A DNA stretch of 32,000 nt. Source: Candidatus Babelota bacterium. Lineage in GTDB: Bacteria > Babelota > Babeliae > Babelales > Vermiphilaceae. The stretch covers positions 510,001 through 542,000 of the forward strand of contig JBDHVY010000001.1 in the NCBI GenBank assembly GCA_039809905.1. The letters run 5' to 3'. The position numbers and the translations under genes are program-made. Position 1 is the stretch's first letter. Each line of letters starts with the position of its first letter. The notes under the pieces are model-generated. The model saw only the letters and a program-made list of their open reading frames with translations. It did not search any database and was not told the DNA's origin. Of the stretch, positions 1-8,082 are shown piece after piece.

Positions 1-215
1 TTGTAACGTTTAATGGATCAACTGAAAAAACATAATTATTTGCACTGTTCGTTCAAATTATTGACCAAATTATTACGCTCCTGTGGAGCTACGTATGGCA
101 GGCCAGCTTTTTTTAAAGATTTAACAATAAAATTTTAAAATCTCTTCTTTTTTCTATCGCGATTTATTGCCTCAAAAACACCTTACCAGATTGGTTTTTC
201 GCTCTTTCACCTATA

Positions 216-244
216 TTGACATAACAAAGTTTTACCTATAAGAT
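216..244 (+). promoter_or_regulatory. Candidate sigma70-type promoter for the 317..706 gene
   Basis: TTGACA at 216-221, a 17-nt spacer, then TAAGAT at 239-244, about 70 nt upstream of ATG 317. Chance matches are common in AT-rich DNA. Confidence 0.3.
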
Positions 245-316
245 TTAAGAGAAAATGCTTTATTTATAAGCATTAAGATAGTGTTTTACAAATCAATTTA
301 TTATCGAAGGATTCAT

Positions 317-706
317 ATGAACTCACGCAATATGTTGCTCGCTGGACTTTTATTCGTAGCTCCTTTTTCAATGATGCTAGCAGAAGATACTAATCCATCT
401 ACAACTACTACATCTACAGATAATAAACCTGGCATGCTATCAAAAATCGGTAATCTTATGATCGCTCCTTTTGCATTTGCATTTGCTACTGCACCTGATT
501 ATGTTGCTAAAAATACTCTTGGCAAAATTGCAGCAATTGAATACCTTAAAGGCGGTAAAGTCGCATCTGTTATTGGTAATCAATATGTAGGTCGTGCAAC
601 TGTTCTAGCTGCAACAGCATACACACTATACAAATTGAACAAAATGTATAACAACTCCCAAGATGATGTTGATGCTAACAACGAAGATTTTTTCGAAAGT
701 AACTAA
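317..706 (+). CDS. Hypothetical exported protein (orphan)
   Basis: ORF 281..706. The internal ATG at 317 gives MNSRNMLLAGLLFVAPFSMMLAEDT, a typical signal peptide. A hairpin terminator follows the gene. No family recognised. Confidence 0.55.
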   Translation: MNSRNMLLAGLLFVAPFSMMLAEDTNPSTTTTSTDNKPGMLSKIGNLMIAPFAFAFATAPDYVAKNTLGKIAAIEYLKGGKVASVIGNQYVGRATVLAATAYTLYKLNKMYNNSQDDVDANNEDFFESN

Positions 707-729
707 TACTTTTGTATTAAAAAATTAAA

Positions 730-757
730 AGGAGCTTTTTTTAAGCTCCTCTTTTTT
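730..757. terminator. Bidirectional intrinsic terminator between convergent genes
   Basis: Stem aggagctt (730-737) pairs with aagctcct (743-750) around a 5-nt loop. A T-run lies at 752-757 and an A-rich run upstream. It sits between the stops at 706 (+) and 766 (-). Confidence 0.6.
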
Positions 758-765
758 GATCCGTT

Positions 766-1440
766 TTATATGTTTCTATTTTTTTCTTCTAATTCTTTCT
801 CTACCAATTCCGCTGTTTTTGATACCTTTTTAATCCATCTTAATAAAATATCTTGTTTTTCTTCATGCGATAATTGCCAGTTATATTCTGATTTGTGTAA
901 TCGATTAATAACATCATATAAGCATAAAGCAACACTTACCGACACATTAAAACTTTCTACAAAACCAAACATTGGTATTTTTACAAACATATCTGCTTGC
1001 GCAAGAGCTTCTTGAGATAATCCCGTTTGTTCACTGCCAAAAAGAAGTGCCGTTTTTTGGTCAAGAGGCAAATCAGGCAATGAATATGATTGTAAATGCG
1101 GCGTTGTTGCAACAATGCGATAGCCTTCCTTTTTTAAGGCAGCAATAGAATCGGTAATTGAGGAATGTGATCTCACATCAACCCATTTTGATGCTCCCAT
1201 AGAAATGGTATCAACTGCTTTAAATTGATATTGCGCTTGCACTACGTTTACATCTTGTACCCCAAAAATATCACACGTACGTAATGCTGCACTGGCATTA
1301 TGTGATTGAAAAAGATCTTCAAGGACTACGGTTATATATCGTGTACGGTTTTGTAGCACTTCGTGCATTTTTTGAGTCTTATTTTCAGTAATGTACTGCA
1401 AGAGGTGATTTATTAATGGTGATTTATCAGAAATATCCAT
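766..1440 (-). CDS. trmH: SpoU/TrmH-family tRNA (guanosine-2'-O)-methyltransferase
   Basis: The 224-aa ORF has TrmH-like motifs: RYITVVLEDLFQSHNASAALRTCDIFGVQDVNVV, GYRIVATTPH, LLFGSEQTGLSQEAL and IPMFGFVESFNVSVSVAL. Size matches E. coli TrmH (about 229 aa). Confidence 0.85.
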   Translation of the reverse strand: MDISDKSPLINHLLQYITENKTQKMHEVLQNRTRYITVVLEDLFQSHNASAALRTCDIFGVQDVNVVQAQYQFKAVDTISMGASKWVDVRSHSSITDSIAALKKEGYRIVATTPHLQSYSLPDLPLDQKTALLFGSEQTGLSQEALAQADMFVKIPMFGFVESFNVSVSVALCLYDVINRLHKSEYNWQLSHEEKQDILLRWIKKVSKTAELVEKELEEKNRNI

Positions 1441-1531
1441 TGCTTTTTTGCCTGTATTTTAAAAGAATTATTATTTTTTAGTATACAATTGTTTGAAATG
1501 AAGGGATATAGGGAATAAGGGGAAAGATTAA

Positions 1532-1706
1532 GATTAATGCCCAATCTTATTGGGCTCCCGCACAAAAATTGAATTTTTGTGGAATTTACGTAGGGGTTCC
1601 TTGTCCGAACCCCTACAACCCCAGACACAACCATCCTGGTTGAACTCTTTCGGCATGAACTCGGGCTCTCATCTGCTGCGAGGACTACGCAGCTTCAAAC
1701 CCTCAT
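1532..1706 (-). repeat. Left arm of a GC-rich inverted pair. Candidate structured RNA or leader read toward trmH.
   Basis: This arm aligns as the reverse complement of 1953-2130. It contains hairpins gctgcg/cgcagc, aggggttc/gaacccct (loop GGACAAG on the - strand), cacaaaaat/atttttgtg and gcccaat/attgggc. It stands out as GC-rich against the AT-rich surroundings. Confidence 0.7.
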
Positions 1707-1952
1707 CGGGCTGCGCCCTCTTGGCAGCATAGCCTCATGGGACTTTTCACCAATAAAATTCAAGCTTTGCTTGATTCTAGATGTTTTGAAGGAGAGTAGG
1801 ATGAAGCTCGCCTTACCGGCGATAGAGATAAAACTAATTGTAGGGTTGTTTTACTGAGCGTGTGCCCGCGAAAGTAGGGTCGTAATTGAGTAGAATTATA
1901 AGAGGACAAAGTTGGATAAAATAAAGACTTTATACCACTGAAAAATACTGTA

Positions 1953-2130
1953 TGAAGGGTTTGAGACTGCGTAGCTTTGCGCAGCAGGTGAAAGCCCAAG
2001 TTTATTTTTCATCAGGGATCCAAGGGAACGTTGGGGTCTGGGGGTGTGGGGGGCCGGACCAGGGCCCCACCACGAAATTCCACAAAAATATAATTTTTGT
2101 GCGGGTGCCTAACTATATTGGGCATTAATC
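1953..2130 (+). repeat. Right arm of a GC-rich inverted pair. Candidate structured RNA or leader read toward the thioredoxin gene.
   Basis: It carries the same four hairpins with different stem sequences: ctgcg/cgcag, ggggcc/ggcccc (loop GGACCAG), cacaaaaat/atttttgtg and gcctaa/ttgggc. The last stem needs a U-G pair that exists only on the + strand. It is followed by attaatcttttttc, a T-run. Confidence 0.7.
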
Positions 2131-2233
2131 TTTTTTCTCATTCAATTTAAATCGTTGCACCCCCATTTGACAACCAATAACCCACTAATTACAATTAAAA
2201 ATAAGACAATCTAACCACAAAAAAGGTATCCCA

Positions 2234-2644
2234 ATGAAAAAAAATCTTTTATCTACACTATCTGCAATAATAATATCTACCGCCCTCATATCCCTCTGCT
2301 CTCAAAAAACAACCTCTCAGAATCTAATATATCTTCACCAGCAAACTAAATCCCTTAATGCTTTCATTACAACAGGTGATGTTATTTTGGATTTTTATGC
2401 AGATTGGTGCAACCCTTGCAAACGCATGTCACCACTCATTGATGCTGTTGCAGCACTTATGCCGCAATTCACGTTTATTAAAATCAATCGTGATAACTTT
2501 CGCGATTTAGCAAAATCATATAATATCACCAGCATTCCAACGCTTATCTTCTTGCGTGACGGTAAAGAAATTGGACGTTATGATGGTGGCCCACTGACAG
2601 AAACAAAGCTTCAAAACTTAGTTTCTTCTGTTTATAACAAGTAA
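2234..2644 (+). CDS. Exported thioredoxin-family protein (WCNPC active site)
   Basis: The 136-aa ORF has an N-terminal hydrophobic leader, MKKNLLSTLSAIIISTALISLCSQ. It then has a thioredoxin fold signature: ILDFYADWCNPCKRMSPLID ... ITSIPTLIFLRDGKE. Confidence 0.85.
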   Translation: MKKNLLSTLSAIIISTALISLCSQKTTSQNLIYLHQQTKSLNAFITTGDVILDFYADWCNPCKRMSPLIDAVAALMPQFTFIKINRDNFRDLAKSYNITSIPTLIFLRDGKEIGRYDGGPLTETKLQNLVSSVYNK

Positions 2645-2645
2645 A

Positions 2646-3776
2646 TTAAGAAGTATGATTAGTGCAAGGAGTACTAAATTGCCAGATACTCGTTGCCCAG
2701 CCCGATGCTAAACCTAACACAGCAACTATAGAACCAATGGTAGCATTTATTCTCTCTTGCTGTTTATTTTCAGCAATTGCTTGGCTTTGTAATGCCGTAT
2801 GAGTATCAGCAATCATTGAACGATTATTTATCTGACCATCAGCCTGGTCTATCGTTTTTTTCATAAGCTCAAGAAGTAATGCTTTATAAGCTTCAGGATT
2901 GTTTCGTTGCATTTTTGCATATTGCTCATTTAAATTATTCACATGCTGCTCATAGGGATCTCCGAAAAAACGATCCATCAGCTGGCGTATTATGTTTTTG
3001 TCTCCTTGCTGATTATTCACATGCATATGTTCAGTAATCAGCTTGGGATTAATATCTAACTGTTGCAGACATTCAGCAAAAACCCCCACATCATCCAGTC
3101 CTAACTTATGTTTTTGAGCAAATTCATGCAATACAGGATTACATGATTGGATGAATGCCCACACTTCTTTTTCTGTGTATTCTTTCTCATAGCTATCATC
3201 CAGAGCCTTACCCGTTAGCTGCACCAATGATTGTGGTAAAAATGATTTTTTCTGACGACGCAAAGAAGGAGCATCTTCATTACTTAATGAAGCAGAACGT
3301 TTACGAACAGGCTTAGATGCACTGCCGGCAGAGCGATTCAATGGAGCAACAGGTTTACGAACAGGTTTAGGTGTACTTTCAGCAGAACGATCCCGATGCG
3401 TGCGTTGAGTTACTACGAGTGCCTTTTCCAATTCCTTAACACTTGTTATTCTTGTTTTCATCAAATTACGCGATGAAGAATTTTGAGACGCAAGTATAAT
3501 AGCAGGAACTGGTGATTTTTTTTTATTTTTCTCACTCACTTCGTCAGTTATTTGAATAACAGTCTGAGAATTTTCTGGATCTTTGGTAAGAATCGGAGAA
3601 GACATTGGTTGGTTTTTGTTTATTTTCCCACTCGTTTCATCAGTTATTTGAATAACAGTCTGAGGGTTTTCTGGATTTTTGGATGGATTTTTTTTAAAAA
3701 CAGGATCATCCATACAGCATGTCATGAAAGCAAAAGATAGAGCACACACGACAAAGATATTTTTTTTTCTTTCCAT
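2646..3776 (-). CDS. Hypothetical exported protein with internal 32-aa repeats and a C-terminal hydrophobic anchor
   Basis: The 376-aa ORF has a GGGGG Shine-Dalgarno 6 nt upstream of its ATG and the signal peptide MERKKNIFVVCALSFAFMTCC. It repeats ENPQTVIQITDE twice and has KPVRK repeats. The C-terminal segment is IGSIVAVLGLASGWATSIWQF. Confidence 0.7.
   Translation of the reverse strand: MERKKNIFVVCALSFAFMTCCMDDPVFKKNPSKNPENPQTVIQITDETSGKINKNQPMSSPILTKDPENSQTVIQITDEVSEKNKKKSPVPAIILASQNSSSRNLMKTRITSVKELEKALVVTQRTHRDRSAESTPKPVRKPVAPLNRSAGSASKPVRKRSASLSNEDAPSLRRQKKSFLPQSLVQLTGKALDDSYEKEYTEKEVWAFIQSCNPVLHEFAQKHKLGLDDVGVFAECLQQLDINPKLITEHMHVNNQQGDKNIIRQLMDRFFGDPYEQHVNNLNEQYAKMQRNNPEAYKALLLELMKKTIDQADGQINNRSMIADTHTALQSQAIAENKQQERINATIGSIVAVLGLASGWATSIWQFSTPCTNHTS
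3539..3695 (-). repeat. Tandem 96-bp (32-codon) repeat inside the 2646..3776 gene
   Basis: cagttatttgaataacagtctgag occurs at 3545 and again at 3641 with similar flanks. It encodes P(E/S)N(P/S)QTVIQITDE(T/V)S. Confidence 0.8.
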
Positions 3777-3803
3777 AACACACCCCCATGCGTACAGATA
3801 ACT

Positions 3804-4052
3804 TTACTTATTTTCAGCTAATTGCTTCTTTTCATTTTTTGCTTTTTGTAGTTCTTTCTCCAATTCATCAAAACTTCCTACTGTTCTTTTTGGTGACGAT
3901 GCAGCTCCATCACTACCAGTTAAATTTTTTGGTTTGGTTGTATTATCATTTTTTGAAGAATCCTTTTTTCTTTTGAGAGAAACCTTTATTCTCTCTGCAC
4001 CATCTAAAAAAGCACAAAAAAATAGACTCATCATAAAGATTATTTTCTTCAT
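3804..4052 (-). CDS. Small exported protein (orphan)
   Basis: The 82-aa ORF has a GAGG Shine-Dalgarno 5 nt upstream and the signal peptide MKKIIFMMSLFFCAFLDGA. The mature part is charged and Lys-rich. Confidence 0.6.
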   Translation of the reverse strand: MKKIIFMMSLFFCAFLDGAERIKVSLKRKKDSSKNDNTTKPKNLTGSDGAASSPKRTVGSFDELEKELQKAKNEKKQLAENK

Positions 4053-4087
4053 TACTACCTCTTACCAACAATTGCCCATTAATTTTC

Positions 4088-4321
4088 TTATTTTTTTTCT
4101 TGTGGATTTCTGCATTGATCAGAATCTTCACTGAATGAAACTATCCGATGATTTGATACATAAGGAACTTCAGGTCTTTTGATAACATGTGTTTTGCTTT
4201 TTATTTGTTGCATAGCTTGTTCAAGTTGCGCAAGATTATTTATGGGCTGTTTAACTTGAGATTGCGATGCTTGTAAGCTCAAAGAATAGCAGAGTACAAA
4301 AAACAATATTTTTTTTGACAT
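4088..4321 (-). CDS. Small exported protein (orphan)
   Basis: The 77-aa ORF has a GGGGG Shine-Dalgarno about 9 nt upstream and the signal peptide MSKKILFFVLCYSLSLQA. Confidence 0.6.
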   Translation of the reverse strand: MSKKILFFVLCYSLSLQASQSQVKQPINNLAQLEQAMQQIKSKTHVIKRPEVPYVSNHRIVSFSEDSDQCRNPQEKK

Positions 4322-4375
4322 AGTGATTTTCCCCCTTTTTAAGAAACTGGCACTATTCTACCTCATTGTCTCTCC

Positions 4376-4407
4376 AAAAAAAAAGAAGAAGGAAAATTTT
4401 CCTTCTT
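4376..4407 (-). terminator. Intrinsic terminator of the nrdAB operon
   Basis: A perfect 24-nt palindrome, gaagaaggaaaattttccttcttc (4384-4407), is followed on the - strand by a run of 8 T (the A-run at 4376-4383 on +). It lies 34 nt past the nrdB stop. Confidence 0.75.
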
Positions 4408-4440
4408 CTCATTGATGCAGTGCATACTATAATAAAAAAT

Positions 4441-5442
4441 TTACCACTCCAATGAACCAGCTGTTTGATATTCCGTAACTCTGGATTCAAAAAAGTTTTT
4501 CTCTTTGCTTAAATCAGTTGATTGAGACATCCACGGGAACGGATTTTTGGTTCCATATATTTTCGCTAAATCAATACGTTCCAAACGCCGATCAGCAATA
4601 TGTTCAACATATTCAGCAAATTGTTGTGCATTAATACCAAGCATCCCTTGCGGACATGCATCAAGCGCGTATTGTTTCTCTAAAATTACCGCCTGTTTAA
4701 CTAATTCAGTAATCTCTCTCTGAAAACTTTCAGTCCAAATTTCAGGATTTTCTGCTTTGATCATATTGATTAAATCACAACCAAATGCAAGATGCAGACT
4801 TTCATCGCGCATGATGTATTCAAATTGCTCACCAATACCAACCATTTTATTTTGGCGCTTTAAAGCAAGCATCATTGCAAAACCTGCATAAAAGAAAATA
4901 CCTTCCATAATTACATAAAAGCCAACCAAATCGTGAACAAATCGTTGAATGTTTTCAATGGTATCTGTTTTAAAATTTGGATCCATAATTGATTTTGTTA
5001 AATTAACCACAAAATCATCTTTTTCTTTAATGGAAGGAATAACCTCATACATATTATAAATTTCATCAGGATTTAACCCTAATGAATCACAACAATAAAT
5101 AAAGGTATCTGTATGAACAGCTTCTTCATATGCTTGACGCAACAAATATTGACGACATTCAGGATTTGTTACGTATTTATAGACCGTTAATACTAAATTA
5201 TTTGCTGTTAACGATTCTGCTGTTGAAAAAAAACCAAGATTCCATAAAATCAAACGCCGCTCATTAGCCGATAAAATAGATGAAGATTTCCACTGCTCAA
5301 TATCAAGCTGCATAGAAACTTCTTCAGGTGTCCAATTATTTGCAACGCCATCTTTATAATGTTGGCGCGCCCATGGATAACGCATAGGTAAAATTTTGTT
5401 TGGATCAACAGTCGAATTATTAATGATTCCATTTTTATTCAT
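4441..5442 (-). CDS. nrdB: Ribonucleotide-diphosphate reductase beta subunit (class I)
   Basis: The 333-aa ORF has ferritin-like diiron motifs (EEAVHTDTF, MRDESLHLAF) and sits directly downstream of nrdA. Confidence 0.9.
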   Translation of the reverse strand: MNKNGIINNSTVDPNKILPMRYPWARQHYKDGVANNWTPEEVSMQLDIEQWKSSSILSANERRLILWNLGFFSTAESLTANNLVLTVYKYVTNPECRQYLLRQAYEEAVHTDTFIYCCDSLGLNPDEIYNMYEVIPSIKEKDDFVVNLTKSIMDPNFKTDTIENIQRFVHDLVGFYVIMEGIFFYAGFAMMLALKRQNKMVGIGEQFEYIMRDESLHLAFGCDLINMIKAENPEIWTESFQREITELVKQAVILEKQYALDACPQGMLGINAQQFAEYVEHIADRRLERIDLAKIYGTKNPFPWMSQSTDLSKEKNFFESRVTEYQTAGSLEW

Positions 5443-5511
5443 GATTAACCTTTTTAGTAAAATATATTGATCAAAATTGCATATTTTGCAGTATTATCAA
5501 AGAAATATGCT

Positions 5512-8082
5512 TTACTGACACACATCACACGCAGGATCATCTGAAATACTACACGCTTTACCCACCACAATATCTTCATCTGATGTAATAGTATCAACAG
5601 AATCAGTATCTTTTTTGGCAACCATATTTTCAAAAGCGCCGTTTTCTATCGATTTATACACACGTTTTTGCGTAAATCCAAACTTATTAGCATCAAGGCT
5701 TGCTTTTTCAATTTGACTCGCGCCCAACGTTCGTAAGTAATACGTTGTTTTAAGCCCGGCATTCCATGCTGCAATATAAATATCATTAAGCTTTTTACCA
5801 GAAACACCACGCATAAATACATTGTGCGATATGCTTTGGTCAAGCCATTTTCCACGAGCTGCAGTAATAGAAATAAGATGCAATGGATCAATTTCAAATG
5901 CTTCTTGATATTTATCTTTTAATTCTTGCGGAATAATATCAATCATTTGTAGATTACCATCATAATATTTCAACAGCTCAAGCATATCCTGATCCCACAA
6001 TCCACGAGCCTTTAAATCATCTACCAAATAGGTATTAACAACCGTAAATTCACCACTCATGTTTGTTTTAACATACATATTTTTGTAAATTGGCTCAATT
6101 GAAGGATAAACACCTGAAATATTTGCAATTGTTGCTGTTGGTGCAATTGCCATAACATTTGAATTGCGCATACCATATGCTTGCACATGCTCACGGACTG
6201 GAGACCAATCACGTTTACCATTACGTTTTACACAAATTTCCATACCACGTTCTTCTTCAAGTAAATCAATGGTATCTTGTGGGAAAATGTTACGATCCCA
6301 TTTGGAGCCCTTATACGATTGATAAGCACCGCGCTCTTGTGCAAGTTGTGATGATGTTAAAATGGCATGATATGCCACAAATTCCATTACCTCATCAGCA
6401 TATTCAATTGTTTCTTGTGATGAAAAATTAAGACCAACTTGATACAATAAATCTTGAAAACCCATTATACCAAGACCAACAGGACGATGACGCATGTTTG
6501 ATGTTTGAGCTTCTTTAACTGGATAATAGTTAATATCAATAACGTTATCCAACATACGTACGGCAAGAGCGATTGTTTTGCTTAATTTTTCTTCATCAAG
6601 TTTTCCGTCTTTAACATGATATGCCAAATTAATAGAACCAAGATTACAAACGGCTATTTCTTCTGCACAAGTGTTCAACGTGATTTCTGTACACAAATTA
6701 GAACTATGCACAACACCAACATGATCTTGAGGAGAACGAATATTACACGGATCTTTGAACGTAATCCAAGGATGACCTGTTTCAAACAATCTACTTAACA
6801 TTTTACGCCATAATTCACGCGCTGAAAGCGTTTTATGCATCTTGATAGCGTTCAATTTCACCATTTCTTCATATTCCACATAGCGCTTTTCAAAAGCTTT
6901 ACCATAAAGATGATGCAGATCAGGTGTTTCTGCTGGAGAAAAGAGTGTCCATTGCTCATCTGCAATAACACGTTTCATGAATAAATCAGGAATCCAATGC
7001 GCAGTATTAATATCATGCGTACGGCGACGTTCATCACCAGTATTTTTACGCAAATCAATAAAATCTTCTATTTCCAAATGCCATGTTTCAAGATACACAA
7101 CCGCAGCACTACGGCGTTTACCACTACGATTGATCGCCGCAACAACATCGTTATTAATTTTCAAAAATGGTAATACACCTTGGCTTTCTGTTTTGATCGA
7201 ATCAATCATTGCGCCACAAGCACGAATATTACTCCAATCAACAGCAACTCCTCCAGACCATTTTGCAAGCTGAGCTGAATCTGAATAACTTTTGAAAATA
7301 TTAATTAAATCATCTTCAACTGTTGAAAGAAAACATGAACTTAATTGTGGTCGCAAAAGTCCACTATGCAATAACGTTGGGGTACTTGGTACATAATGCA
7401 GCGACGACATTGCATGATAAAAATCAACTGCTGCTTTATTTTTATCCGGTTCATTATATGAAAGTCCCATTGCAATACGCATCCAAAATGCTTGCGCAAG
7501 CTCAATGTGGCGCATTTCATATTTCAGGAAATATCGCTTATATAAGGTACTAACACCCATATAATCAAAAAGACTATCTCTTTCAATCACTAACTGTGCA
7601 GCAAGATACTCTAAATCAAAATCTGCTAAACGCTTATCAAGCAACTCAAGATTGATTCCCGTAGCAATACCAGTAATAAATGATTGCCGATATAGTTGTT
7701 CATGGTCACTGCAGGTAATAGAATTATGGGTTACTTTTTTAAATAATTTTTTAAGTTGTAAACGGACAGCAACTTTACTATATGCAGGATCTCGTTCAAT
7801 AAAACTAATAGTTGCTAATATTAATGCATCAGCAATACCGCTTGGGGTAATACCATCAAAAATATTTTTCAACGTTTCACTTAAAAGCAATTCCGAATCA
7901 ACAACAGATTCGTATCCCATACAAGCCCAGCCAATTGCCCGTTGCAATCGTTTCTCGCTCACTACTTCCCGAATTCCATCAGGCTTTACAACAGAAAACA
8001 TATAGACATTTTTTCCTGTTTTTTCAGCTACGTCATTCTGTAAAAATGGTGCGGCTGAGGCTCGATTATGTTCCATTGGCAT
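5512..8082 (-). CDS. nrdA: Ribonucleotide-diphosphate reductase alpha subunit (class Ia)
   Basis: The 856-aa ORF has the catalytic-site motif SNLCTEI. Its N-terminal VVKPDGIREVVSEKRLQRAIGWA resembles the E. coli NrdA VTKRDGSTERINLDKIHRVLDWA. It ends in a Cys pair (ACDVCQ). Confidence 0.92.
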   Translation of the reverse strand: MPMEHNRASAAPFLQNDVAEKTGKNVYMFSVVKPDGIREVVSEKRLQRAIGWACMGYESVVDSELLLSETLKNIFDGITPSGIADALILATISFIERDPAYSKVAVRLQLKKLFKKVTHNSITCSDHEQLYRQSFITGIATGINLELLDKRLADFDLEYLAAQLVIERDSLFDYMGVSTLYKRYFLKYEMRHIELAQAFWMRIAMGLSYNEPDKNKAAVDFYHAMSSLHYVPSTPTLLHSGLLRPQLSSCFLSTVEDDLINIFKSYSDSAQLAKWSGGVAVDWSNIRACGAMIDSIKTESQGVLPFLKINNDVVAAINRSGKRRSAAVVYLETWHLEIEDFIDLRKNTGDERRRTHDINTAHWIPDLFMKRVIADEQWTLFSPAETPDLHHLYGKAFEKRYVEYEEMVKLNAIKMHKTLSARELWRKMLSRLFETGHPWITFKDPCNIRSPQDHVGVVHSSNLCTEITLNTCAEEIAVCNLGSINLAYHVKDGKLDEEKLSKTIALAVRMLDNVIDINYYPVKEAQTSNMRHRPVGLGIMGFQDLLYQVGLNFSSQETIEYADEVMEFVAYHAILTSSQLAQERGAYQSYKGSKWDRNIFPQDTIDLLEEERGMEICVKRNGKRDWSPVREHVQAYGMRNSNVMAIAPTATIANISGVYPSIEPIYKNMYVKTNMSGEFTVVNTYLVDDLKARGLWDQDMLELLKYYDGNLQMIDIIPQELKDKYQEAFEIDPLHLISITAARGKWLDQSISHNVFMRGVSGKKLNDIYIAAWNAGLKTTYYLRTLGASQIEKASLDANKFGFTQKRVYKSIENGAFENMVAKKDTDSVDTITSDEDIVVGKACSISDDPACDVCQ

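Noticed and set aside
1560-1680. Short similarities to 5S rRNA on the minus strand: CATGCCGAA and GATGGTTGTGTCTGGGG, versus E. coli CATGCCGAAC and GATGGTAGTGTGGGG.
   Set aside because: The overall helix I-V arrangement cannot be drawn. The paralogous right arm lacks the CATGCCGAA block. A 5S gene would be expected next to 23S rRNA.
1550-1732. Possible tmRNA. The + strand ORF through the GC-rich island ends ...GCALLAA-stop, resembling an ssrA tag ending in LAA. A nearby 3' sequence reads ggccccACCA.
   Set aside because: There is no tRNA-like acceptor/T-arm geometry: no GGGG...TTCGA-type T-loop and no G3:U70 acceptor pair. There is no 5' GGGGNNG...GGATTCGAC motif. The tag would contain Cys and be atypical, and the ACCA follows a simple hairpin. 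I treat the ALLAA ending as coincidence, pending an Rfam or ARAGORN scan.
1735-1800. Possible RNase P RNA on the minus strand. It has a P3-like hairpin caagc-aaa-gcttg followed by GGTGAAAAGTCCCATGAGGC, resembling the GAGGAAAGTCC P4 strand.
   Set aside because: No downstream ACAGAA...GGCTTA P4 partner is present. There is no GGTAA or AGGGTGAAA-type conserved region. Only ~200 nt remain before the element ends, so the match is limited to AAAGTCC.
1801-1857. An 18-codon ORF (MKLALPAIEIKLIVGLFY) with a well-spaced AAGGAG in the centre of the GC-rich island. I considered a type I toxin or leader peptide.
   Set aside because: It is too short and only moderately hydrophobic. It has no supporting conservation that I can see. 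The AGGAG may be part of RNA structure. I left it as a note within the island finding.
1413-1999. Track ORFs 1413..1634 (-), 1550..1732 (+) and 1760..1999 (-) across the GC-rich island.
   Set aside because: They run through inverted-repeat and hairpin sequence, lack Shine-Dalgarno sites and have odd composition. The open frames are explained by GC-rich DNA having few stop codons.
3552-4134. Plus-strand ORFs 3552..3740, 3788..3976 and 3934..4134, and minus-strand ORF 3946..4131.
   Set aside because: They are antisense to, or overlap, the three Shine-Dalgarno-supported minus-strand secreted-protein genes. Their Phe/Leu/Ile-rich composition is typical of translated AT-rich non-coding frames.
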